From Octopus bimaculoides (taxonomy: Eukaryota): DNA of 64,000 nt. Shown here piece by piece: positions 1 to 12,146 of the stretch. The DNA lies in assembly GCF_001194135.2 (NCBI RefSeq), contig NC_069002.1, forward strand, positions 3,240,458 through 3,304,457, given 5' to 3'. Under the pieces are notes generated by a model. It was not told where the DNA came from. It worked only from the letters and a program-made list of their open reading frames with translations, and did no database searches. The position numbers and the translations under genes were made by a program. Within the stretch, counting starts at the first letter, position 1, and the number at the start of each line of letters is the position of its first letter.

Positions 1-454
1 GGTGGTGGTGGTGGTGGTGGCGGCGGTGGCGGTCGTCGTCGTCGTCATGGTGACGGTGACAGTGGTGGGGATGTCGTTGGTGGTGTTTGTGGTGATTATG
101 ATCGTTCTGGTGGTGATGGTGGCGGCAGTGGCGTGTATGGGTGTGGTTATTATAGCCTCAGGCCGAACAAAACCTTGTCAGTGAATTTGGTAGGTGGAAA
201 CTGAAAGAAGCCTGTTGTAAATAAATAAATAAATATATATATATATGACAGATTTCTTCCAGTTTCCATCTATTAAATCAACTCACAAGGTTCTGGTCAA
301 CCCGAGGCTATAGCAGAAGACGCTTGCCCAAGGTACCAACCACACAGTGGGACTGAACATGCAGCCATGTGGTTTGGAAACAAGATTCTTACTACACAAG
401 CACAATACTATTCAAATTCTTCCATATATTTTCAAACCCTTTTTTTATTTCCAG

Positions 455-1164
455 GAAGTGATTGCCAGTAAGACAATATACACGACAGGTTGTATACCAG
501 CTGCAATACTTTTTATTGAGAATTATTTGCCAGTGGTGGGCGGCATATTGATTGCTTTCAATTTATCCATAGTAAGTACTCATTTAATGTTATCTTTAAT
601 GTATTCCTATGAATACGCATTGAATGTCACCGTTTATGTGCTCCCTGTGAATCCTCATTGAACCTTCAAGCATAATTGGCTTCCAACCATTTTTTACCTA
701 TGGCTCTTGTGCGGGTGACACATAAAATACACTATTTTGAGCGTGGCCGTTGCCAGTACCACCTGACTGGCCTTCGTGCAGGTGGCACGTAAAAGCACCC
801 ACTACACTCTCTGAGTGGTTGGCGTTAGGAAGGGCATCCAGCTGTAGAAACTCTGCCAAATCAGATTGGAGCCAGGTGTAGCCATCTGGTTTCACCAGTC
901 CTCAGTCAAATCATCCAACCCATGCTAGCATCGAAAGCGGATGTTAAACGACGACGATGATGATGATGATGGATCCCTCTGAGTCCTATGTCGATATATG
1001 ACAAACTCCTAAAGAGATACTAACAAACCCCTTCACAGATCTTAAGGGACCACCCATACTGCCTTATTTAAAATCTGTTTCTTTATTTTTACTTTCAGCT
1101 GGCGACACTGTTTTTGGTCAGTTGTTTACAAAGTCAGATTTCACGGCAAAGGGCTCGCTGGTGA
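455..1164 (+). CDS. Tetraspanin (TspanC8 / TSPAN5-14-17-33-like), last two coding exons: 455-571 and 1099-1164
   Basis: Acceptor ttttatttccAG precedes 455. The 117-nt phase 0-0 exon encodes EVIASKTIYTTGCIPAAILFIENYLPVVGGILIAFNLSI and ends at donor GTAAGT (572). Acceptor tttttactttcAG precedes 1099, which encodes LATLFLVSCLQSQISRQRARW-TGA. The IYTxGC motif, TM4 and short tail ending in W match TSPAN5-like EVDQQIVIYTKGCVP...IFGICLAQNLVSDIEAVRASW (compared from memory). Upstream exons lie outside the window. Confidence 0.85.
690..970 (+). mobile_element. SINE-like family C (GGCATCCAGCTGTAGAAAC...GTTAAACGATGATGAT tail)
   Basis: The same sequence recurs at about 8150-8262(+), 13962-14200(-), 23442-23660(-), 39685-39845(-), 47143-47305(+), 47665-47825(-), 57570-57720(-) and 62860-63050(-), usually with a (GAT)n/(CAT)n tail. 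Boundaries are approximate. Confidence 0.8.
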
Positions 1165-1334
1165 AAAGGTCACTGTGATACAAGGTGACACGAGTGAAGA
1201 AAATCTCTTTTATATATTTCTTTTTTTATCTTGTTATTTTTTTTTTCAAATATATATTTTTATATATATCCATAATTACTATAAATATAACAGATTTAAT
1301 GTTTACTGTTTTTGTAATGTAAAATGAAAGTACA

Positions 1335-1615
1335 TGGTCCAGTTGTTTGAGCATCAGGCTCACAATCATCAGGTAATGAGTTCAATTCCCAGACCAGGCT
1401 GTGGACTGTGTTCTTGAGCAAGACAGTTTATTTCACATTGCTCCAGTTCACTCAGCCGTAGAAATGAGTCACGATGTCACTGATGTCAAGCTGTGTCAGT
1501 CTTTCCTTTGGATAACATAAGTGGTGTGGAGAGGCAAGGCTGGTATGTGTGGGTGACTGCTGGTCTTCCATGAACAACCTTGCCTGGACTTATGCCTTGG
1601 AGGGGAACTTTCTGG
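1335..1615 (+). mobile_element. tRNA-head SINE family D
   Basis: B-box-like GAGTTCAATTCC is followed by TGTTCTTGAGCAAGACA...CACATTGCTCCAGT.CACTCAGC. Related copies lie at about 10745-10985(+), 39052-39260(+, with A-box TGGCTTAGTGG), 48962-49075(-) and 51375-51470(-). Confidence 0.75.
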
Positions 1616-1804
1616 CACCTCCTCATGTTGCACAAACATTCGAATGTCATCACTAAATCCTGCTGCATATCACATGGAATTTTTGGTCTTCCAAAGTCGT
1701 CTCGTTCTGTAAGTCAACCAACCATTTTTGGCTGTAAATTTTGATTTGAAAAATTTGACTTTTATGTCAGAAAACATAGTGTACATGCACACACACACAC
1801 ATTA

Positions 1805-2150
1805 AGGTGGTGACCTGACAGAATTGTTAGGAAGTTGGCAGAATCATTAGCAACATGACAGAATCGTTAGTAAGCTAGCAGAATCGTTAGCAACATGGCG
1901 GAATCGTTAGCAGGCTGGTGGAATCATTAGCAAGCTAGCAGAATCATTAACATGCTGGACACACAGACAAAATGATCAGTGAAATTTCATCTGTCTTTCT
2001 GTTCTGATTTCAAATTCCATTGAGGTCAGCTTTGCCTTTCATCCTTTCAGGGTTGATAAATTAAGTACCAGTTGCGTACTGGGGTTGATGTTATCAATTT
2101 ACCTCGTCCTCAAAATTTCAGGCCTTATGCCCAGATTAGAAAGGATTTTA
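1805..2150 (+). mobile_element. tRNA-head SINE family B with a tandemly amplified 5' head
   Basis: The body GTCAGCTTTGCCTTTCATCCTTTC.GGGT.GATAAATTAAGTACCAG is shared with about 16420-16648(-), 17455-17665(-), 21255-21398(-), 25165-25335(-), 36275-36478(+), 52925-53460(+, three copies in tandem) and 57830-57990(-). Copies often end in (ATT)n. Confidence 0.8.
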
Positions 2151-3242
2151 TTCATACATATCCATCCACTTCGGTGCCGTCCAAACATGTCACCCCAAAT
2201 AGGTTGTTGTTGTTGTTCTTTTTGTTCATGTAATTTTCGCTGTTGTTATAGTTAGCTAACTGGCTATTTATTTGGATGGATGGCTAGTTGGCTGGCTATT
2301 TGGATGGATGGCTGGCTGTCGGTTGGCTGTTGGTTGGCTGGCAGGCTGACGTGGTGGCTGGCTGACCTGGTGGCTGACTGGCTGGTTGGCTGGCTGGCTG
2401 AGTATTCATTTGTCTCTCTCTGATCACTTAATTCTGAGGGGAAGGCATCACAAAAGTTATCAACCAGTCAAGTGCCCACCAATTTTTATCTAAACATTGG
2501 TTGATTGGTTTCTTATCATTTGTGTGTGTGTGTGTGTGTAAATATATAAAGTTATAAATAACAAGAGAAATATGGCATAATAAAATCTATTTAACTATTG
2601 CATTCATTCATGTATACATTTGTTCTCTCACCCCTATTTTCCATTCTATTCCAATGCATTTCCTCCTCCTACCACAACTCCCCACCTCAGCACTACAATC
2701 CATTATAATTTTTTTTTTTTTTGGTTTATTCATTTGAAGAAGAAAGAGAAAATAAGAGAAAAGAAACAGTTATGGTCTTTAGAAATAAATATATTTTTAA
2801 AAATACACATTTCGTCTTTTGTTTTGTTTTTTCTTTGTTTTATTTAGACCCAGGTGAGCCCTGATCCAGCAGATTTGTAATTATAAGGACATTCCATATA
2901 TGACCATCTCATTCTTTATTCAAACATAGCTGACTTGTTTCAGTCATTCGACTGTGGCCATGCTGGGTTGCTGCGTTGATGGGTTTTAGTTAAATGAAAT
3001 GACTCCAGTACTTATTGTTTTAAGTCTGGTATCTATTTTATCATTCTCTAAGTTATGGGAATGTAAACAAACCAATATTGGCTGTCAAGCAGTGAGGGTA
3101 ACACGCACACACACACACAAACACAATAAAAAATTATTAATAAGGGATTATCAATCAGGAAAGAATATTTCTTAAGCTTTCTGCTAATGCAAATACACCA
3201 GACTCACAGAAAGATTCTTTGATTGGTGTAGAATTCCAGGTA

Positions 3243-3276
<34 letters not shown>

Positions 3277-3406
3277 GTGTGTGTGTATAAATATGTAGTG
3301 AAACTACCTATCGTCACTAGATACAAAACTACTATCGCCATTACATACAATCTTCTCATTTAAATATAAATAAATGCGAGCGTAGTAGAGAACCCATTCC
3401 TTGTCA

Positions 3407-3550
3407 TCACGTGACTGATTATTATTCGAATCGGCAACTTCTTCGAACCTTTCCCGCCAGAACGCAAACTGACCAATCACGGCCCCTAATAAGGTCACGT
3501 GATAGAGTAAAATTCTTAAGGCATTTGGAGCCCTCTTAACGCTATATATA
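3407..3550 (+). promoter_or_regulatory. Putative promoter of the M6PR-like gene: two CLEAR/M-box motifs, CCAAT box, TATA-like element
   Basis: TCACGTGAC at 3407-3415, GTCACGTGAT at 3494-3503, CCAAT at 3473-3477 and TATATATA at 3543-3550, in a locally CpG-richer, non-repetitive segment upstream of the gene. Confidence 0.55.
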
Positions 3551-4539
3551 GATCAACTCATACCCCCCAAATTGGTCTCGGTCCAGTTTCTCTTTGGGAA
3601 CTGTTCCGTGTACCACACGACAGCAGCAGCAGTTCCAGCGACCACTTCAACATCTTCGTCCAGCCAATGATGACCACCGCCGTCGCCACATCAGCAACAA
3701 GAGTCTACGACTACTATCCAGCATCATCGTCATGACCAACACGATTCTACGATTACTACTAACCAGCAACAATCTCCACCAGCGTCAACACGAGTTACTA
3801 TGTACACTACACCAAACTACCGAGGCACATCTCTCTCTTCGATTCTGTTAGGTGACTCAGCTTCACCACGGTAAATAAACAGACAAGAAATTCTCAGCCA
3901 GCGACGAACATCTGTATAACAAGAATCACGGCCCGGCATCGATGCCACGACATCACAACTAGTGATCAGCACTGCCGCACTCAGCCTCTCCTCACTTTCA
4001 CATACAGAACTTTTCCTATAGTGTACTAACGAACTGGTATAATTGCTCACGTGTCATTTACTCACACTTTCTATCTGCTGTAATAACTCACACATGTATC
4101 ACTCACATACACACTTTTCTTTGTATGACGGCCTGTCTTTGATTATGTTCTTATATGTCGCATTCACACTCTCACACAGACATACATCTTTAACGCTACA
4201 ATAAATATCTCTGTTATTCATCTAATACGGTTGTGGTCTTTCATTACTGGTCATCTATGTTATCGTCGCATAACATATCATCTATATCATCCATCGATAT
4301 ATAATTGTGTGTTCGACCGTGTGACACGTTTAAATAAAAGGAGTCCTCTGTTTTTCCATTCGTCACCATATCTCCTTTTTGAGTTCGCACGGTCGTCCCT
4401 TACAAATATAAGCGTAGGTATGCGTATAGACACATACGCATACATATATGTAGGCAGAAAACTTACACTTGCACACACTCACACATGAACATGCTCAAGT
4501 GCGCAGCGTATTCGTAGCACGAGCCAAGTACAGAGCCTC

Positions 4540-4770
4540 TACATGGTTATTCGACCAGCTTAAAATAATCGCCAGTTCTTCCTCAAATTAATGCCGTACC
4601 GTCTTGTGAAAATTATAAAAAAAAAAAGAGAAAAGAAAAAAAACGGACACATTGGTTAATATAGTGTTACACAGTAACTTAAAAAGACGGGGTGGTCATG
4701 GCTGGGACGCTATTGCCAATAGGGTCTTCTGAGTCAGGATTGAACTGAGATTGAACGGGATCGTGTTAGT
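4540..4770 (+). mobile_element. Dispersed repeat family E (CTGCTAGAAATAGCAGCCAAATCTCCCTC...GGATGGTCA.GGCTGG...GATCATAGG..TGACCTGGGG)
   Basis: Related segments lie at about 2845-2930(-), 10995-11090(-), 11170-11375(-), 19935-20105(-), 20510-20705(-), 42605-42745(+) and 43510-43560(+). The element class was not established. Confidence 0.6.
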
Positions 4771-4881
4771 ACGATAATAACGTAGGAAGTAAATGTTATC
4801 AAGGGAGATCATTCAGACGGCATATTATCATATAATTGGTGGCTGGGAGTCACACGGTGCTTGATTTGCTTTGTGAGCATC

Positions 4882-5523
4882 ATGTTTGACAGATATCTCC
4901 AATCATTCCACATTTTTTCACCTTATTCCGTTCTTTCATCTTCTAATTATTCTTGCTCTATATCTTTGTCATCGAGGAGCAAATCGAAACCTCGTCCGAA
5001 TTTCTCGGTGCTTGTATCAACGGTGTTCTTGCTCGTATCTTCGCTGTCATCGTTTGCAGTGAGAGGAGCAGATGCCAGTGATGATGTTGAAGAATTATGC
5101 CAGCAGTTAGGCCCTTGTAAATGCAGAATGGCCAACGAAACAGGTGAGATAAATCTGAAGAATGTCGCCTTCTTCAACGGTAAACCACGTTTCGTTATTG
5201 CTCTCAACGAGTCCTTCTCCGTGGCCTACAACCCTTGCGTTGGATTTACGTTGGCACCGGGTCCTGATGTTTCCGATAAGTGCAAAGATGCAGCTGTGTG
5301 TGTCTTCAAAGTGTCCGACAAGAACACTTTCTACAGAAACAGGGGTCAGTCGAAGTCAGCCAAGTTCCAATTTGACCAAGAATCCAGCAAATTCTTCATA
5401 AGTTATACGTCTCCAGGTAAATACAACCAACGTATATACATACTGCACACATAAACAGATATTCACGTCCGAACTCACACGAATGTGAATGTGTAAAACT
5501 AGGATGATACATATATATTTGTT

Positions 5524-5574
<51 letters not shown>

Positions 5575-7440
5575 GAAGATGCGTATGTATGTCTGTGTAT
5601 AGAATAATTTTTGCATATACACGAATACACAACTTGTAGAAACAAACACGATTCCCTTCCCCCATGTATATATATATAGGCAAATCAAAAACAAACTACG
5701 TCGAATACAAACACAAGAAAGACAAAGGGACGTCCACAATGTATATTATTAGTCTGACATTCGAAGAAAATAAGTAACAAAGGGAAAGTTAAGAGCAGAA
5801 GGCCCTCCAAAACTGTGCAAGCTTGAAAAGATAAACGTAAATAAAACGATAATATAAATATTTTTCGTAGAGGGAAATAACATGCTTACCTTATGTGATG
5901 GTTTCATAGCTGCTAAGTTTTATTCTGTTTGTAAAGTCCACGGTTCTTTATTTGTAGAAAATATCTTAGAAACTACCGTTAGTTAAAGGTGTGTGAACAG
6001 ACTGACTATGTCGTATCGTCTTCATTATCTTTATGACTGATGCGTCGTCGTTTTAATGACCGTGGGCCGGATGGAATATTGAGGTGGATTTTCTAAAGCT
6101 GGAATGCCTTCCTCGTCACCCAACCTTTACCTATTTCCAAGCAAGGTAATATTTCTCCTGTGGCGAGATATATTTCACGAATTAACGGAAGTGAATGACA
6201 TTTGTTTACAACAATTATGTGATGGCAAGACAAGGAAACACAAAATCACAGACTACAGCATACATGTGACTGCAAAAACACAAATTTCACAACTTGCAAA
6301 GTAAACAACGATGTCACTCAACACACTGCCCCTCGTGAAGGTCACTGCCAGCTTTCACTGCACACACAACCATGTGCTGCTATCTGTTGGCATGCCATAG
6401 ATCTAATCCAGGAACTCTTTGACACCACCTCGTTTTCACAGCAGAAGCAGTATTAATACAGAGAAGTAATATTTATCCCCATTTAGAAATGGAAATTCTA
6501 TTACATGGGTTCTCAACCGTTTCTTATCTATGGACCCTTTTGATTATTATTTTATTCTGGTGGACCCCTATAACCATTCGATGTTTAAAAATTGGTTTTA
6601 TAGAAACTTCTTTCAAAATCCCTATTTTGTTTCCCACACATTAACTTGTGTAGGTTGAATCATGTAAAATGTTAGAGAAAGAAACCCAGCTGTTTCTGCA
6701 ATACATACATCTAAAGCAAAATTTTTTCAGGAGCCCTTAAATTACTATTGTGGATCCTCAATTTACTATTTCGCTGTGTGGATCCCCCAAAATCGTATAC
6801 GGACCTTTAGGGGCCGTATGGACCCTGGTCAAGAACCACTGTATTAGAACAAATAATACTGTGGTAGTTACCATGATAGAAACTCTCAGACTGGCTTTTT
6901 GGGGCAAAATGCACTCATGTCATAAGCAAGAGTACATTTTGGCCCCTAAAGCTAATCTGAGCGTTTCTCTCACAGTAACTACCACAATATTGTTCAGCAA
7001 AGAAACAAATCGAAGAAACAAGTACTGGGATCAATCCATTCGACTAAAATTCTTCAAGGTGGTGCTCCAGCATGGCCACGTGTATCTTAAGTACCTTACT
7101 CTTACACATATGTAGTATGTTGCACATATAGGCAGGTAGTCTCTTTCTCATATATGCATTTTTCTTACACACACACACAGATGTGTCTGTTTTGTTTTGT
7201 TTTGCTTTTAAATAAGGTCACCTCCATATTGTATTGATATTACTTTACGTGATTCAACATATTTCTTAAAGACGTGTGTGTGTGTGTGTGTATTTATCCA
7301 GTCTGTACATGTGAACATGTTTGAAGGATTAAGTATGCATTTGAAAATTGTTTTTCATTTTTACTTCTGTTTTGTCCTTATGATTGCATGCGTGTGTGTT
7401 TAGCTTAATGGTAGAGCACTCAGCTGTTATGTTTGTGTAC

Positions 7441-7500
<60 letters not shown>

Positions 7501-8106
7501 GTGTACATACAATACACACACACACACTTGCATATATGCATTGAAACACATACATACATGCACACATTCAGATCAGAGATTATAATTCCCAGCTGTTTTA
7601 TCAATCTTTAAGTTGCAGCTGACCAATTTTATTATTATTATGACTTTATCATTATCATTACTGTTGTTGTTGTCATTAAGGTAGCAAGCTGGCAGAAGCA
7701 TTGGTACGTCGATTTGCTCAACTAAAGGCAGTGCTCCGGCATGGCCGTAGTCAAATGACTGAAACAAGTAAAAGAATAAGAGCATATATATAGATATGTA
7801 TGTATTTATTCATTCTTTTTAATTTTTGTTTCCTTTCAGATCAACTGTTCAAAACTCATGTGTACCTCCAGTGCAGCCCCGTCGACCAACTGAGTGTGAT
7901 CAAGTCCAGAGAAGCTAACCAATCCCTCTCCCTGTTACTGCAGTCTGTCTGTGCATGTCCAGGGGGCTGTACCACACCTCACAATTCCTTCAGTCCTGGA
8001 TCCTACATAGTCATCGTGTTCTTCTCAATCTTATTCATATACCTTTCTTTAGGTAAGCAGACTTTCATTGCTGACATTAGTAGGGACTACTATACATACA
8101 TACATG

Positions 8107-8138
<32 letters not shown>

Positions 8139-8807
8139 ACATCCATCTGTAGAAACATTGCCAGATGAGATTGGAGCCTGGTTCAGCCTCTGGCTCACCA
8201 GTCCTCAGTCAAACCGTCCAACCCATGCCAGCATGGAAAGCGGACGTTAAACGATAATGATGATATTTTCCAGTGTAAATTATAGTAAATACCCCTATCT
8301 TTAAGTTCCCATATATAGCTAATCTCCATAACTTGCAGTTTGCCAAAAGAAACCCGTACAATAAGTACAGGCTTACAAAGAATAAGTCCTGGGGTCAGTT
8401 CGTTTGACTAAAGGCAGTGCTCCAGCATGGCCACAGTCAAATGACTGAAACAAGTAAAAGAATAAAAGAATATATGCACACACACACATGCAGGTTAGTT
8501 TTGTGCGTATATGTGTTCGAGAATAATTGTGGGTATATATTTTCTCAATGAACATGTATAAACCTCCTATTTTCTGAACTGTATGTTTTTAATCTTTTTT
8601 TGTTTTACCATTCATCTTTATTTTTTTTTTCTCCTATCTTCAGGAGTTCTCTATAAAAGAATTGTCTACTCAGCAGAAGGAACCGAACTGGTACCAAACC
8701 GAGAAGGATGGGCTTCCTTTTTCACTCTAGTCAAAGACGGTTACTTGTTTTTCATCAGTCCCTGCCTTGGTAACACCATTGACTATCGATATTACCAGCG
8801 ACTCTGA
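4882..8807 (+). CDS. Cation-dependent mannose-6-phosphate receptor-like / ATG27-like MRH-domain type I membrane protein; exons 4882-5416, 7840-8052, 8644-8807
   Basis: Canonical GT-AG introns, both phase 1 (CCA G/GTAAAT...tttcAG/AT; TTA G/GTAAGC...cttcAG/GA). The protein has a hydrophobic leader, a Cys-rich lumenal domain ([31 protein letters not shown]), a TM helix ([21 protein letters not shown]) and an M6PR/ATG27-type tail ([15 protein letters not shown]...) ending in the YxxPhi motif YQRL. The true start may lie in an upstream exon at 3800-3870. Confidence 0.85.
6504..6841. mobile_element. hAT-like MITE
   Basis: Imperfect TIRs CATGGGTTCTCAACC ... GGTCAAGAACCACTG, typical of CAGGGGTTCTCAAC-type hAT MITEs, with internal ATGGACCC repeats. 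No clean 8-bp TSD is visible. Confidence 0.6.
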
Positions 8808-8844
8808 AGAACACCAGTCAGTTTCTCCCACCCACAAATATATG

Positions 8845-8923
<79 letters not shown>

Positions 8924-9150
8924 GCTAATATCAAACTGTGAGAATGAGTGTTCAACACTGCATTGGTGGATAAATATTCATTTGTGGGTTAACAAGGCTA
9001 GAGATGGGTTCATGTGAAGTGGTATTCCCATTCAAAAATGGAGACAAGTAGCAACACTTCCATGTGACATGCTTGAACAATTGTGAAGACCTCCTAGCAT
9101 GAAACCATTGGTAGCCTTGCAAACACACAAATAAAAGAAAACTATGAATG

Positions 9151-9182
<32 letters not shown>

Positions 9183-9880
9183 TGCATTTTGGTATTGTTC
9201 TGGTTGTTATTGTCTGATCTGTATCATTTTATATATTTTTGTTTGTTATTACCTGCTGTTATTCTTTAACTTGCTTAATATTTCTGTTAATCTATGCATA
9301 TGTCCATGTCTGTGTGTATAAATATCTGTATGTATATATATGTTGTTGACATCAGAAGAATTTATAAACCTTCAAGGAGAACAAGAAATAATTCAGATTT
9401 GGAACAGTGATAACAGCATGTAAATGATGGGTTGCAACATTCCTCTTAGATAGAAAAAAGTCAAAGGCCGCTATAATCTTTAGCTTTATGTGCTTTGAGA
9501 CCCGCTGTTCCTAAAAAAGAAAATATATTTATGTATATCTGCAGATGTTTGTATGGAAAGAATGATGTCTCTCTTTCAAAAATCTAGTCTTAATTCAGCT
9601 TTTGTTGCTCTCAGTCTTTCATATAATTCCAAAAACAAAACTGAACAAATCCTGTACATGTATTTTAAGTCTTATATGTCACATTATAGTAGTTTATGAC
9701 TGGGAAGTAGTGTGGGGGTAGAGAAGGGATGGGAATGTGTGCCACTGTGCTGGACCACATCATTGAACATCATGGCACAATGCATTCATTAAAACCATGT
9801 GTACGTGACACAAAAATTATTTGATACAGCTTTGTTACAAAGATCAAATTTACTGTTAGTTTCAGATTGTGTTGTAATAT

Positions 9881-10005
9881 GCCAGCTACAGCTTGTGTTA
9901 CACTGTGCTAGTTACAGCTCACAATACACTGTGCTAGTTACAGCTTGTGATATACTGTGCTAGTTACATCTTGTGTCACACTGTGCCAGTTACAGCTTTT
10001 CACAG
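9881..10005. repeat. 26-bp minisatellite, ~4.5 copies
   Basis: Units GCCAGCTACAGCTTGTGTTACACTGT / GCTAGTTACAGCTCACAATACACTGT / GCTAGTTACAGCTTGTGATATACTGT / GCTAGTTACATCTTGTGTCACACTGT / GCCAGTTACAGCTTTT. Confidence 0.85.
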
Positions 10006-11926
10006 TATATTTCATATTAAAATCTCTCAATATTCCTGTATACTCCTTATCAAAGCCTCTTTCACAGTACAGTATAAACTATATTACAGCCTGTCACAGT
10101 ACAGTGTAAGCTAATAAAGCCTCTGTCACAGTACAAATTATGCAGTTTAGATTTATTGTAAAATTGTGCTGATAGAAGTGTGTGTTGATGTAATTAAAGT
10201 TTTTGCCTCTGTATAGATTATATTTTGTGTCACACTACACTGCAAGGAATACAGGCCATGTCACACCATATCGCAAGATATGTATATATGCGTTTCGCAC
10301 CATATGTCACAAAACATAGGGCATGTCACCTCACATACATGGCATAAAATATAGTTTGTATTAGAGTCTGCACATAATATAGGCTGTGTCACAACACACA
10401 TTTTAGACCAGTGGTTCCCAAAGTGGGTGGTATCACTCCCCCCCCCATGCTATTTCCCCTGCTCCCATCCCACCAATAAACGATTGTTTCTTATTTCTTA
10501 TTGGTTAGGTTTTTTTGTTGTTATGTTTTTCTAATGGAAGATCACACAAGAAAACAACAATCTGTTTGTGGGGTGGGTTTTATGTGGTCACAGGACCTGC
10601 TGGTTAAATCAGCCAAGTTATTTCAAATCATGTCTTAATCTTAAAAAATAAAGGTCACATTGGACAATTTAATCCAAGATATACCTAGAAGGAAAAAAAA
10701 AAACATATCTAGGACTACATTATACAACAAGTCCTTGTTTGTGGTGTGTGGCTTTGAGGTTAGGGGTGTTGGATTCATGATCGTAAGATTGTGGTTTCAA
10801 TTCTTGGACAGGGTGATGCATTGTGTTTTTGAGCAAGACACTTCATTTCACATTGCCCCAGTCCACTCAACTGGAAAAAATGAATTAATCTTGGAAGGGA
10901 CTGGAGTCCCATCCAGGTGGGGAATTTATCCACCAGGAAAATCAGGGAAACTGACCCTTATGAGTCGAGAAGGGAACTTTACCTTCCTTGTTGTTTAACC
11001 CCGGGTTAGATCTGATCCAGTAGAATTATGATCAAAAGTATTCCACTTAAGACCATCTTGTCTTATATCTAGACATTGTATACCTCAGACTAACAGATGT
11101 ATTCCTTTGTGTGTTCCAACCCAAAGGCTGTGGCCACACTGAAGCAATGCCATTTAAAAATAAAAATTGACACTTGGAATTGAACTGGAAACCTTTGTAT
11201 GATCAAAATTGTTCCAAGTCTGACCATCCTGCCTTTTATTCAACCATAGTATATCTAGGGCTATATTGTCTTAATGTATCCTTCCTTTTTAAGACAAACA
11301 GTAAGATATGATGTGAGGGTTATTTGGCTGCAATTTCTAGCAGATCTAAAGAATAAGTAGTAAACTCTACTTGTCTCCTTGCAGAAGTTGACACAAAGTA
11401 CCAGTAATTTCCTGAGGTCAGAGTAAAGTCAATTTAATCAACCATTCCTGCCACTCTTTCTTTCTCCTAAATTATGAAGGAATTCAATACTTTTAGTTGA
11501 ACATATTTTCCCTTTTCTTTTTTAAAATTGTTTTTGTTTTTCATTTATTTTATATTTTGGCTTATTGTCAACACCCCTCCCCCTTATTTATTTTATAATT
11601 TTTTTTTAATATTTTCCCTTAGAAAAACTTTTGCAATTTTTCTTCACTGGGGTCAATGTAATCAACTTTCCCCACTCTCCCAAGATTGCTGGCTTTGTGC
11701 TGAAATATGAAACCAATGTTTATTTTTCATTTTACATAATTCTTTGTTAACAACATGTTGCCAAGCTTTGGGCTACATTAATAAAGACTGTTTTTCATGT
11801 CAATACTTCTATATTCATATTCTAAATGGAAAAAACTCGTTTAATTTTATATTTTTGAAAATATTTTTTGATTTTTCTTATTTGTTTATATCACCCATTT
11901 TTGTTTATCCTTTTTTTAATATTTAA

Positions 11927-12146
11927 CCCTTTTGTTACCATATTTATTTTGAGACGCTCTGTATTTCTTTCAATTAATTTTAAATAACAAAGAATTTAAT
12001 AAAATAACTTCGTTATCATTAAGCAAATGTTAGGAACATAAATTGTTACTAAGGTTTGGTGGAAGATTTTAATTCAAAACTTAGGAAAGCAAGATATTTG
12101 TACTACAGAGCCAGAGGTGATTTCAACCAGGTTGGTATCAGAAGGG
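11927..12146. mobile_element. piggyBac-like MITE with TTAA target site duplication
   Basis: TTAA-CCCTTTTGTTACC ... GGTATCAGAAGGG-TTAA (13-bp TIR, 2 mismatches). A partial relative lies at about 48217-48400. A second TTAA...AAGGGTTAA family is seen in part at about 12365-12540 and 14715-14912. Confidence 0.8.
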
